Notes under the pieces: generated by a model
What the model saw: the letters and a program-made list of their open reading frames with translations, nothing else
The model's database searches: none
What the model was told of the DNA's origin: nothing
Part shown: positions 38,768 to 48,824 of the stretch, piece after piece
How positions within the stretch are numbered: position 1 is the first letter of the stretch
Layout of the letters: the number at the start of each line of letters is the position of its first letter
Source of the DNA: Promethearchaeota archaeon
Lineage (GTDB): Archaea > Asgardarchaeota > Lokiarchaeia > Sigyniarchaeales > SOKP01
Length of the DNA stretch: 64,000 nt
Assembly (NCBI GenBank): GCA_016839705.1
Contig: JAEOTR010000032.1
Location: forward strand, 22,464 to 86,463
Reading direction: 5' to 3'
Translations under genes and position numbers: made by a program

Positions 38768-40696
38768 ATGGGAAAAACTTTAACTGAAAAAATTTTAGAA
38801 CAACATCTAGTTGAAGGAAAATTAGAAAAAGGTACTGACATTGCCATTAAGATTGATCAAACACTAACTCAAGATGCTACTGGGACGATGGCTTATTTAC
38901 AATTTGAATCAATGGGCATTTCTCGTGTTCAAACAGAACTATCAGTGAGTTATGTGGATCATAACACATTACAAACAGATTTTAAAAATCCTGATGATCA
39001 TAGATATCTTCAGAGTATTGCTGCAAGATATGGTTTATATTTTTCTCGTCCTGGCAATGGTATTTGTCACCAAGTCCATCTTGAGCGTTTTGCTCGTCCA
39101 GGTAGAACATTATTAGGGAGTGATAGCCATACACCTACAGGAGGAGGTGTAGGGTCGATAGCAATAGGGGCAGGTGGACTTGATGTCGCTGCTGCAATGG
39201 CTGGTGAATCTTTCCACTTAAAAATGCCTCAAATTGTTAATGTATATGTTACGGGAAAACTACCAGATTTTGTTTCTGCAAAAGATGTAATTTTAGAGAT
39301 ATTACGAAGAATTGGCGTAAAAGGAGGGGTTAATAAAGTTTTAGAATATACTGGTCCAGGGATAAAAACTCTCACAGTCCCAGAACGAGGTACTATTACA
39401 AATATGGGAACTGAAACTGGAGCAACAACTTCAATTTTTCCATCTGATGAGATTACTAAAGAATTTTTAGAAGCTCAAGAAAGGGGAGATCAATGGACTC
39501 ATTTAGAACCAGATGAGGATGCTGTATATGATGAAAGAATTGAAATCAAGTTAGGTGAACTTGAACCACTCATCGCTGAACCACATAGCCCTGGAAATGT
39601 AAAAACTGTGAAAGAAATTGAAGGCTTTAAAGTAGACCAAGTCTGTATAGGAAGTTGTACTAATTCATCTTTAAAAGATCTAAAAGCTGTTGCTAGCATT
39701 TTAAAAGGAAACACTATTGATGAAGGTACAGTATTAACTGTATCGGCTGGCTCACGACAAGTAGTTGAACATATGATCCATTCTGGTGATATGGTAGATT
39801 TACTAAAATCCGGAGCAAGGATCCTTGAAAACGCTTGTGGACCATGCATTGGCATGGGATTAGCGCCTAAATCCAATGCGGTATCGTTAAGAACTTTCAA
39901 TAGAAATTTTTTGGGTCGATCTGGTACAAAAAGTGCCCAAGCTTATCTTGTAAGTCCAGAAACTGCAGCAATATCTGCTATTAAAGGAAAGTTAACAGAT
40001 CCTCGATCTTTAGGTTCCCTTCCAGAAATAAAAATGCCAGATAAATTTTATGTAAATGACAATATGATAATTCCACCGTTATCCCCTGAAAAAGCAAAGG
40101 AAGTAGAAATCGTAAGAGGACCAAATATTATACCTTTACCCGAATTTAATCCATTACCTGATAAATTATCCGGAACAGTTCTATTGAAAGTAGAAGATGA
40201 TATTACTACCGATCATATTATGCCCGCAGGAGCAAAAATTTTACCTTTAAGAAGCAATATCCCCGAAATTAGCAAGTTTGTATTTAATGTTCTTGATGAA
40301 ACATTTCCTGATAGGTCATTAGAGAAAGGTGGTGGTTTTGTAGTAGGAGGAGAAAACTATGGTCAAGGATCAAGCAGAGAACATGCCGCAATTGCTCCTA
40401 AGTATTTAGGACTCAAAGCTGTAATTGTCAAATCCTTTGCTCGAATTCATCTAGCAAACCTCGTTAATTTTGGTATTGTACCCTTGACATTTGTAAACAA
40501 AGAGGACTATAACACGGTGGAACAGGGTGATATGTTTGAAATCGATCTTACAACACTCAATACGGGAGAAGTTATTTTAAAAAATCTTACCAAGAACTCT
40601 GAGATTCCGTTGTCTCATTCTCTAGGTGACACAGAAATAGAATTATTAAAAGCTGGTGGAAAGCTCACTTTCATCAAACAAAAACACACAATTTAG
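38768..40696 (+). CDS. Aconitate hydratase, short (~640 aa) type
   Basis: QDATG, DHN, GICHQ, GSDSHT, GSCTN, CGPCIG, FNRNF, TTDHI, NYGQGSSREHA. Confidence 0.9.
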   Translation: MGKTLTEKILEQHLVEGKLEKGTDIAIKIDQTLTQDATGTMAYLQFESMGISRVQTELSVSYVDHNTLQTDFKNPDDHRYLQSIAARYGLYFSRPGNGICHQVHLERFARPGRTLLGSDSHTPTGGGVGSIAIGAGGLDVAAAMAGESFHLKMPQIVNVYVTGKLPDFVSAKDVILEILRRIGVKGGVNKVLEYTGPGIKTLTVPERGTITNMGTETGATTSIFPSDEITKEFLEAQERGDQWTHLEPDEDAVYDERIEIKLGELEPLIAEPHSPGNVKTVKEIEGFKVDQVCIGSCTNSSLKDLKAVASILKGNTIDEGTVLTVSAGSRQVVEHMIHSGDMVDLLKSGARILENACGPCIGMGLAPKSNAVSLRTFNRNFLGRSGTKSAQAYLVSPETAAISAIKGKLTDPRSLGSLPEIKMPDKFYVNDNMIIPPLSPEKAKEVEIVRGPNIIPLPEFNPLPDKLSGTVLLKVEDDITTDHIMPAGAKILPLRSNIPEISKFVFNVLDETFPDRSLEKGGGFVVGGENYGQGSSREHAAIAPKYLGLKAVIVKSFARIHLANLVNFGIVPLTFVNKEDYNTVEQGDMFEIDLTTLNTGEVILKNLTKNSEIPLSHSLGDTEIELLKAGGKLTFIKQKHTI

Positions 40697-40972
40697 AAAT
40701 ATAAAAAAATTTTTTATTCTTTTTGTTTTTATTTATTTGAATTTTATGAGTAGTAGAAGATATTTGATTGATCCAAAAAAGCGCCTTTCTTCAAATTTTG
40801 AGACATAAAAATTCCAACAAACTAGTTTGTAATTATTTAGTCTAAAAATATCCTTTTAAACATTTACAATAAGATAGGTTTAGTACGATGACAGAGAACT
40901 TACTTTAACTTTATAATATATAGAGTTTTAATAAATGATATTAAAAAAATAAAAAAAACTTGGGAATTAAAA

Positions 40973-41485
40973 GTGCCAATAATATCAATTGAAGTTAAAG
41001 GGGAGGTTAAAACACCAAAAATAGATCCTTCATCATGGGTTTCTGAATCCGCTTGGGTTATTGGTGATGTTACAATTGGCCCTGAAAACGTGATTTATCA
41101 AGGAGTAATAATTCGTGGGGATTTTGCTAAAGTAGAGATTGGGGCTAAGAATGTTTTTCAAGACGCCTGTATCATAAATACTGCAGAGGGGTTTAAAACT
41201 ACGATAGGGGATAATAATTTAATAGGATTTGGTGCCATAGTCCATGGTGCTACTATCAAAAATAATACAGTAATAGGCATCCAGTCAGTGGTAATGATTA
41301 CCGTAATTGTTGAAGATGACTCCATGGTTGGAGCTACTTCTTTTGTAGGAATGGGAAAGAAAGTACCAACTGGAAAAAAATGGATTGGTCGTGAAATAAA
41401 AGGCGATAATAATCAAGGGAAAATGTGGGAAGCAGGAAGACAATCATGGCGTAAAATGGGACTTGCTATGAAGGTTCAGAAATAA
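40973..41485 (+). CDS. Gamma-carbonic-anhydrase-like LbH protein
   Basis: VIGDVTIG, IRGD, NVFQD, VHGA; only one of three Zn-ligand His present. Confidence 0.8.
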   Translation: MPIISIEVKGEVKTPKIDPSSWVSESAWVIGDVTIGPENVIYQGVIIRGDFAKVEIGAKNVFQDACIINTAEGFKTTIGDNNLIGFGAIVHGATIKNNTVIGIQSVVMITVIVEDDSMVGATSFVGMGKKVPTGKKWIGREIKGDNNQGKMWEAGRQSWRKMGLAMKVQK

Positions 41486-41654
41486 AAACCTTAATCTTTT
41501 TTTTATTCATTAAAATTATCCTAATTATTATTTCAAATAATAATAATAATAATAAGACCATTAGAACTATTGCTGATAATTCAAATTATAGTTAAGTTTT
41601 ATTAATAATTTGAAAACGTAAAATTTTAGTTTGGTAATTTATTAAAATTATTAA

Positions 41655-42755
41655 ATGAGTGAAGGAAAAGAACGTACTTTTTTAGTGGGAATTTTTGGGG
41701 ATAATTTCGAACAAAGAAAACTATTAGGACAGGCTTTAGGTGCCCCAGGAACAAGTTCAGATATACAATTTTATAATAGATTAGATTCTCAATTGGGACA
41801 CGTATTTACCGCTTTGACTCCAATCGACTATCCCGAAAAACTTAAGCCCTTATTACAAACACTAATACTAACTAATATCCATATTTTAGTAATTGATATC
41901 GAGGTTGGTTTAAATGCATCTGTAGGAGAGATTTTAGTGGGAATGGATTTATCCCAAAAGATGTCTAACACAAAATCAATAATTGTGCTTTCTGGGATTA
42001 CATCTAAGACAGAATGGAAGCTACAGGATATTAAGAAAAAGATAGACAATGTACTAAATAATACCACTCTTCAAGGAATCGATATTATTGAAATAAGACA
42101 GAAAGAAGAATACAACTCATTAAAAAAAAAAATTATAGAACTAGCCAGCGAAATACCCAGAAATGATTTAGAAACTTCAACGTACTCAAAAGTATTAATA
42201 GATCATGCATTTTCAGTAAAAGGAATTGGTACTGTTATCCTCGGAATCGTTAAAAAAGGGACAATACATTCAAACCAAATGCTAGAATTAACAGGAAATC
42301 ACGGAACAATCAAAAAAATTATTATCAGAAGTATCCAAAAACATGATAGGGTTTTTAAAGAAGCCTATGAAGGAGATAGAGTAGGGTTAGCATTAAAGGG
42401 AAATGTATCCCCAGATGAAATTAGTAGAGACAACATAATTACATCTCAAGGCACCTTTAAAGGAGAGGAAGAAGTAACCGCTAAAATTTACATAAACCAA
42501 TTCTATAAACCTAAAGGTGGAGTTATCATCCCAGGGGATTTAACAGAATATCATGGTATAGTCGAAATTAAAAGCACTCCCTTGAAGATAATCGAAGGGG
42601 ATCAATTAAATCCAGGAGACTCTGGAATAGTAAATTTGAGGTTTAGTAAACCATTATATCATGATGGAAGTGGTATAAAGGGATTAATTTGTGAATTAAA
42701 CCGTTTTCAAAATAAATTAAGAATAATTGGACATTTTAAACAATTATCAAATTAA
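41655..42755 (+). CDS. SelB-like / EF-Tu domain II protein with degenerate G domain
   Basis: IDHAFSVKGIGTVILG, IRSIQKHD, GDRVGLALKG; no GxxxxGK[ST]. Confidence 0.8.
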   Translation: MSEGKERTFLVGIFGDNFEQRKLLGQALGAPGTSSDIQFYNRLDSQLGHVFTALTPIDYPEKLKPLLQTLILTNIHILVIDIEVGLNASVGEILVGMDLSQKMSNTKSIIVLSGITSKTEWKLQDIKKKIDNVLNNTTLQGIDIIEIRQKEEYNSLKKKIIELASEIPRNDLETSTYSKVLIDHAFSVKGIGTVILGIVKKGTIHSNQMLELTGNHGTIKKIIIRSIQKHDRVFKEAYEGDRVGLALKGNVSPDEISRDNIITSQGTFKGEEEVTAKIYINQFYKPKGGVIIPGDLTEYHGIVEIKSTPLKIIEGDQLNPGDSGIVNLRFSKPLYHDGSGIKGLICELNRFQNKLRIIGHFKQLSN

Positions 42756-42812
42756 TCGTAATTCTTGTTTTACATTTAAGTGAATTAAGAAAATTAGTAA
42801 AACTAGTGGATC

Positions 42813-45503
42813 TCAATTCTTTAGCATATTTCTTAAAACGGTATGTAAGATTCCACCATTTCGGTAATATTGAATGTCAATCGGACTGTCCAATCTTACT
42901 ATTGCCTTGAATTTTACCTCATTGCGATCATTTTTTTTAGCTGTTATCTCAACTTCAGAAAAAGGTTGAATATCTTTAATTCCAACTATATCATACTTTT
43001 CAGTACCGTCTAAACCTAAAATTTCAGAATTCTCACCTTGTTTGAATTGTAAAGGTATAACACCCATCCCTACTAGATTACTTCTATGGATACGTTCAAA
43101 CGATTCAGCAATAACTGCTTTGACACCCAGTAGTTGAGTACCCTTGGCTGCCCAATCTCTAGAACTACCCATCCCATAATCTTTACCAGCTATGACGACT
43201 AATGGAATTTCTTTTGAGATATAATCCATAGCAGCATCAAAAATAGGAACTGTTTCCTGAGAAATGAAATTTTTAGTCCATCCACCTTCTTTATCTACTA
43301 ACTTATTTCTAATTCTAATATTCCCAAAAGTACCCCGCATCATGACTTCATGATTTCCGCGTCGGGAACCATAAGAGTTGAAGTTTTTCACTTCAATCCC
43401 TTGTGACATGAGATACTTTCCTGCAGGCATATCTTCTGGGATATTACCCGCGGGTGAGATATGATCAGTGGTTACACTCTCTCCCACAATGGCAAGAACT
43501 CGTGCTCCTTCTATATCTGGAAGAATTGGTTTTTCCAAAGGAAAATCTATGAAGAACGGTGGTTCTCTTATATAAGTCGAAGTATCTTCCCATTGATAGA
43601 CTTTTTCTTTTGGGGGTTTTAATTCATTCCATAAGTCCCAACCTTTAAAGATCTCGCTGTATTCTTTAATAAATAATTGAGGCTTAACAAATTTAGCACT
43701 TAACTCAGCAATTTTTTTTGAGTTTGGCCAAATATCCTTCAAAAAAACAGGATTCCCATCGGGATCATATCCTAATGGCTCTTTATCCATGTTTATTGCG
43801 ACAGTACCAGCCAAAGCAAAAGCTATAACTAAAGGGGGGGAAGCAAGATAATTTACTCTTGTGTGTGGATTAATTCTTCCTTCAAAATTTCGATTTCCGC
43901 TGAGAACTGATGCTACTACTAAATTTTTTTTCTGAATTTCAGCAACAACCTCATTTTTTAGTGGACCACTATTTCCAATACAAGTTGTACAACCAAATCC
44001 CACTAAGTAGAAACCTAATTCTTCTAGATAATGGAATAATCCTGCTTCTTTTAAATAATCAATAACAACTCGAGATCCTGGAGCAAAACTAGTTTTAACA
44101 AAACTTTTCACTTTTAAACCTTTTTCTATTGCATTTCTCGCTAGAAGCGCAGCTCCGATCATTACAGATGGGTTTGATGTATTAGTACAAGAAGTAATGG
44201 CAGCAATTACAACGGAACTATGATTTAAGCTATTCCCATCTGATATTTTTTCAAGTTCATCACTCTTACCAAGTGTTGTTTTCATATGTTCTACAAAGCT
44301 TATCTTCATCTGACGTAATGGAATACGATCTTGAGGACGTGTTGGACCTGCTAAACTTGGTTCGATTTCACTAAGGTTGATCTCTAAATCCTCACTATAA
44401 TTTGGTAAGGGTGTATCATCGGTATAGTAAAGCCCAACTCTCCTTGCATATTGTTCAACAAAATCAACATATTCTTCTTTTCTTCCACTATTTCTTAAAT
44501 AATTCAATGTTTCTTCCGTAATGGGAAAGTATCCCATTGTTGCACCATATTCGGGAGACATGTTTGCAATGGTTGCTCTATCTGCAAGGCGTAAATTATT
44601 TAATCCTGAACCGTAAAATTCAACAAACTTACCGACTACTCCATGATTTCTAAGAGTTTGTGTAATAGCTAATACGATATCCGTAGCAGTTATACCTTCT
44701 TTAACCTCCCCTGTCAGTTTCACCCCCACAACTTTGGGAACATTCATATAAATAGGTTGTCCTAAAATGACAGCTTCAGCCTCTATACCTCCTACACCCC
44801 ATCCAAAAACAGATAAAGCATTTATCATTGTTGTATGGGAATCTGTCCCAACTAAAGTATCGGGATATCCATTTAATTCACCATTTTTTTCTCTGATATG
44901 AACAACCGATGCCAAATACTCTAAATTAACTTGATGACAAATTCCTCTACTCGTAGGTACAACCCTAAAATTTTTAAATTCAGCTTGTGCCCATTTTAGA
45001 AATTTATAACGTTCTTGATTACGATCCATTTCTACTTTTTCATTTAATTCCCTAGCGTCTTTGGATCCATAATAATCAACTTGAACTGAATGATCAATAA
45101 CCAGATCTACGGGTATTTTAGGATTGATATCTGAAGGTTCCCCACCTGCTCTCTTGATTGCTGATCTCAGAGCCGTTAAATCCACTACTGAGGGAACTCC
45201 GGTAAAATCTTGTAATAATACTCTTGATGGAATATAGGGTACTTCACTTATTATATCACTTTTAGAATCCCATTGACATATTGTGAGTAAATGATCCATT
45301 TTCACACGTTTACCATCTAAATGTCTTAAAAGATTCTCTAATAATATCCTAAGGGAATATGGTAATTTGTTTGGATCACCTAATTGTAAATCCTTTAATT
45401 TCTGAATATTGTAAATCAAAACTTCTCCTACTTTGGATTTAATTATTTCTTTAACCTTGGATTTAATTTCTTTCTCATCCATAATTCTCACACTGTAATC
45501 CAA
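42813..45503 (-). CDS. acnA: Aconitate hydratase A
   Basis: LPYSLRILLEN, QDFTGVP, DHSVQVD, GTDSHT, SCTNTSNP, GCTTCIGNSG, SGNRNFEGR, TTDHISPAG; ATG 45482 is an alternative start. Confidence 0.96.
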   Translation of the reverse strand: MDYSVRIMDEKEIKSKVKEIIKSKVGEVLIYNIQKLKDLQLGDPNKLPYSLRILLENLLRHLDGKRVKMDHLLTICQWDSKSDIISEVPYIPSRVLLQDFTGVPSVVDLTALRSAIKRAGGEPSDINPKIPVDLVIDHSVQVDYYGSKDARELNEKVEMDRNQERYKFLKWAQAEFKNFRVVPTSRGICHQVNLEYLASVVHIREKNGELNGYPDTLVGTDSHTTMINALSVFGWGVGGIEAEAVILGQPIYMNVPKVVGVKLTGEVKEGITATDIVLAITQTLRNHGVVGKFVEFYGSGLNNLRLADRATIANMSPEYGATMGYFPITEETLNYLRNSGRKEEYVDFVEQYARRVGLYYTDDTPLPNYSEDLEINLSEIEPSLAGPTRPQDRIPLRQMKISFVEHMKTTLGKSDELEKISDGNSLNHSSVVIAAITSCTNTSNPSVMIGAALLARNAIEKGLKVKSFVKTSFAPGSRVVIDYLKEAGLFHYLEELGFYLVGFGCTTCIGNSGPLKNEVVAEIQKKNLVVASVLSGNRNFEGRINPHTRVNYLASPPLVIAFALAGTVAINMDKEPLGYDPDGNPVFLKDIWPNSKKIAELSAKFVKPQLFIKEYSEIFKGWDLWNELKPPKEKVYQWEDTSTYIREPPFFIDFPLEKPILPDIEGARVLAIVGESVTTDHISPAGNIPEDMPAGKYLMSQGIEVKNFNSYGSRRGNHEVMMRGTFGNIRIRNKLVDKEGGWTKNFISQETVPIFDAAMDYISKEIPLVVIAGKDYGMGSSRDWAAKGTQLLGVKAVIAESFERIHRSNLVGMGVIPLQFKQGENSEILGLDGTEKYDIVGIKDIQPFSEVEITAKKNDRNEVKFKAIVRLDSPIDIQYYRNGGILHTVLRNMLKN

Positions 45504-45506
45504 ATA

Positions 45507-46769
45507 CTATCGGTTGTCAATATTCTCATATTTTTTATCTAATTCACCTATGTATCTAAGTCGGGGTCTTATAAGTTTATTGTCTGAAAGTTGTTCAATA
45601 GCATGTGCAACCCACCCAGCGCTACGAGAAGCAGCAAAAAGCGGTGTAAATAACGCTGTTGGTATACCTAATGCGTGTAAAGCCCCCGCAGAATATAGGT
45701 CAACATTTGGATAAATGTTTTTTGTCTTAATCATAAAATCTGTAAGGATTTCTGTCATTTCATAGATATTGTCTATTTCACCTTTATGTTCCTCATGCTG
45801 TATATCTGGAATCTTCTCTACGACATCAAGGTTACTCCATAAGTCCTTAGATATTTCACGTAAGATTTTAGCACGGGGATCCCACGTCTTATAAACTCGA
45901 TGTCCAAAACCCATTATTTTTTCTTTTTTTTCCAACTTAGATTGTGCCCAAGGGATTACATTTTCCTTATTCTTAACTTCTCCTAACATTGCGTTCATTA
46001 CTCTTTCATTGGCACCTCCATGAAGAGGTCCTCGAAGTGTTCCAATAGCACTTGTAATACCACTATAGATGTCTGATAAGGTTGAGACAGTAACCCTGCA
46101 AGAGAAAGTACTACTGTTGATCGAGTGGTCCATATGACAAATTAATATTTTATCAAAATATCTAGTAAAATCATTATTAGGCACTTCTCCTGTCATCATA
46201 TAGTAATAATTACATGCATGAGAAAGATCTTCTGAAGGCTCTATTAGAGGTAGATTACCTTGGATTCTGTGAGAAAAAGCTAAAACCGTTGGTATTTTCG
46301 CAATAATTCTTATTCCTTTTCTTATATTTGCTTCCTCTGAAAAGTCATAATCATCTGGATCATAAAGAGATAATGCCGAAACTGAAGTCCTTAATAACTC
46401 TATTCTAGTAGTATTTCTTGGAAAGCTTTTTAAAATTGTTAAAATATTATCAGGAATATTTCTTTCCTTAATCATTTCATCATTAAAAGCTTTTAATTCT
46501 AATTTCGAAGGTAGTTTTCCATATATTAATAAATATGCGACTTCTTCAAATGAAGAATTATTAACTAAATCTTGTAAAGGATAACCTCGATAGTACAGTT
46601 CTCCTCTTATACCATCTATGTATGTAATATAGCTTTCATCCACATAGATCCCAATTAATCCTTTATAGGTCTTAGCCTGGTCAAGTTCACACATTTTAGG
46701 CTCTTCTTCTTTGTAATCCTCGCACGCAAATGAGTCTGTTGTCTCACAAATTTCTAATTCGCGATCCAT
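45507..46769 (-). CDS. Citrate (or 2-methylcitrate) synthase
   Basis: YRGY, DHSINSSTF, GPLHGGANE, GFGHRVY, YPNVDLYS. Confidence 0.93.
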   Translation of the reverse strand: MDRELEICETTDSFACEDYKEEEPKMCELDQAKTYKGLIGIYVDESYITYIDGIRGELYYRGYPLQDLVNNSSFEEVAYLLIYGKLPSKLELKAFNDEMIKERNIPDNILTILKSFPRNTTRIELLRTSVSALSLYDPDDYDFSEEANIRKGIRIIAKIPTVLAFSHRIQGNLPLIEPSEDLSHACNYYYMMTGEVPNNDFTRYFDKILICHMDHSINSSTFSCRVTVSTLSDIYSGITSAIGTLRGPLHGGANERVMNAMLGEVKNKENVIPWAQSKLEKKEKIMGFGHRVYKTWDPRAKILREISKDLWSNLDVVEKIPDIQHEEHKGEIDNIYEMTEILTDFMIKTKNIYPNVDLYSAGALHALGIPTALFTPLFAASRSAGWVAHAIEQLSDNKLIRPRLRYIGELDKKYENIDNR

Positions 46770-46915
46770 TTATTTTCCCTTATGTTTGTAACCTTAAAAT
46801 TACCTTAATGTAAATTAAGCAAATATTTAATTCTTAGGCTTTTAAAACATTAATCTCAAGTGTTTATGATTTATTAGGAAATCCTTTAAGTTTAGGAAAG
46901 ATATCTATTTTAATT

Positions 46916-47430
46916 ATGACTGAAATACATATTTCGACGCCAAACAAGGGATTAACATTAGGGATTAGAGCACCCATGATTGATACAGAAGACATTGATG
47001 GAGATAAGATTAATTTATCTGAATTATTAAAGAAGCACAATGGTGTTTTACTTGATTTGTTTAGAGGGAGTTGGTGAATTCATTGCAAAAGGCACCTCAA
47101 ATATTTAACTGAGAACCTGTCAGTTTTAAAGAAATACAATGTCAAATTAATATCTATCGGGATAGATCTACCCGATAAACTAATAAAAATGAAATATAAA
47201 AACAATTTCAGGATACAATTTATAACAGATCGAGCAGGTAGAATTAGTAAAGCTTATAATGTATTTTTGGATAGAAAGAGTGCTGGACATGACGGTTTAC
47301 AAATAAGCCATGCGATACCATCAAATTTCTTATTAACACAGAAGGAAATATAGTATGGCAATATATTGGAACAAAAACAGACAGACCTACAATAGAATTA
47401 ATTGTAGAAGCAATCGAAAAATATCTATAA
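46916..47430 (+). CDS. Selenocysteine-containing peroxiredoxin-like (AhpC/TSA, redoxin) protein; Sec at TGA 47075-47077; -1 frameshift near 47323-47329
   Basis: Reads through TGA as LDLFRGSW-U-IHC (UxxC); continues ISIGID, FITDRAGRISKAYNV, HAIPS; -1 frame gives FLINTEGNIVWQYIG..DRPT..IEKYL*; SECIS follows the stop. Confidence 0.88.
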
Positions 47431-47435
47431 TTTAA

Positions 47436-47499
47436 AATCCCGTTAAGGATGAATTATGTGCATAAATGATTGGCATATAATGACAACCTCGCAAGGATT
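47436..47499 (+). ncRNA. Eukaryote-like SECIS element (3' UTR)
   Basis: ATGA (47449-52), stem ATTATGTGC/GCATATAAT, loop containing AAA, GA (47482-83); lower helix AATCC/GGATT and AGG/CCT. Confidence 0.85.
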
Positions 47500-47537
47500 C
47501 TGGGAAGTTACTTGGTTTTTTTTACAATTTTAAAAAT

Positions 47538-48362
47538 TTATTTATGTCCTTTAAGTAAATTTTTGATCATTTTCAATAATTTATCATATTCTAAAGGAAT
47601 TGGTTCACGAAGGCGTGTGGCAAATATTGCAAGATCCCATTTCTTGATCTCTTCCATAGAAGTATCAGACAGTTCTAAATAATGCTTAAGGTAAATGTTA
47701 GCAAAACGAGATCTTATTGCATTGAGAAAGAATCTAGTTATAAAATTCTTTTTTTTATCATAGGGACTTGTTCCGTATTTTAAGACATAATAAGTTCTGG
47801 CAACATCACTATTTGGATTACCTGAATATGCATTAGACCAATCAAGTATGTATAAATTATTTTTCGAGATGATGATATTATCAGGATGATAATCTCCGTG
47901 GCAAATTTTTTTCCCCTCAGGTAATTTCTCAACATAATTAATAATCTCTTGTTTTTGATCATCATCTAACAGATTCGTTTGACGAATCATTAGTTTAAAA
48001 AAATCTACAAGAGTGTTTATATCATGTATTTCATGTTTATGCATCTCAACGTGAACTTCTGCCAGTTTTCTAAGAACATTCCCTATAATTTTTTTATTTT
48101 TTCGCATTAATTCCATCAAAGTTACTCCTTCTATATATTCGTAAAGGATACCTATTCTACCGTTTTCTTCGATTTTCTCGTAAGTTTTGGGACAATGATT
48201 TGGAAACACATTACCAATCAATGTATCTACTTTAAATTGATAATCTATTATATGCCCTGGAAAATCCTTGTAGAATAGTTTTAAAACTCTGTTATTATCC
48301 CAATATAGTACTTCTGCAGCCCTTCCTTTCCCAATAAGGTCTCCTTTTTCCATTTTTACCAC
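47538..48362 (-). CDS. Aminoglycoside/choline phosphotransferase-family kinase
   Basis: IGKGRAAEV, CHGDYHPDNII, LDWS, DVA. Confidence 0.88.
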   Translation of the reverse strand: MVKMEKGDLIGKGRAAEVLYWDNNRVLKLFYKDFPGHIIDYQFKVDTLIGNVFPNHCPKTYEKIEENGRIGILYEYIEGVTLMELMRKNKKIIGNVLRKLAEVHVEMHKHEIHDINTLVDFFKLMIRQTNLLDDDQKQEIINYVEKLPEGKKICHGDYHPDNIIISKNNLYILDWSNAYSGNPNSDVARTYYVLKYGTSPYDKKKNFITRFFLNAIRSRFANIYLKHYLELSDTSMEEIKKWDLAIFATRLREPIPLEYDKLLKMIKNLLKGHK

Positions 48363-48514
48363 TGAAATTAAGTGTTATTTAGTGAAAGCACTTTCAAAAA
48401 GATAGAATTAACCATATTTTAATAATCTTTAATCTAATATATGTGAAGAGACATTTCTCAATCTCTTACAATTCGGTGTTTAAAATATTAAGATTTAAAA
48501 ATAAATAAAACTTA

Positions 48515-48811
48515 ATGATTAGCAATTCAACTTTAAAGGTAAGTGTAAATAATATGGATAAAATAGTAAAAATTGAATTGGCAAAAAAAGCTTTGCTTTT
48601 TATCTTTGTATTAATAGCTACATTCAGCTTGTTCATGCTTTTCGGTAGTTATTTCATCAGTGAACTTTCTAGCATTTTCTCTACTAGCACTTCTTTCATC
48701 TTAGTGTTCGTAATGATTATATTTGCGATTGTAGTAAAATATATAGGAGACATTATAATTGTAGCGTTAGATAGAGATAGATTAAATGAGAAAAAACTTG
48801 TATCCGATTAA
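48515..48811 (+). CDS. Small two-TM membrane protein
   Basis: Two hydrophobic helices; start may be the later ATG (MDKIVK). Confidence 0.55.
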   Translation: MISNSTLKVSVNNMDKIVKIELAKKALLFIFVLIATFSLFMLFGSYFISELSSIFSTSTSFILVFVMIIFAIVVKYIGDIIIVALDRDRLNEKKLVSD

Positions 48812-48824
48812 AAAATAATTATTT

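Noticed and set aside
47470-47682. 70-aa ORF in the track
   Set aside because: Overlaps the SECIS and the antisense kinase gene
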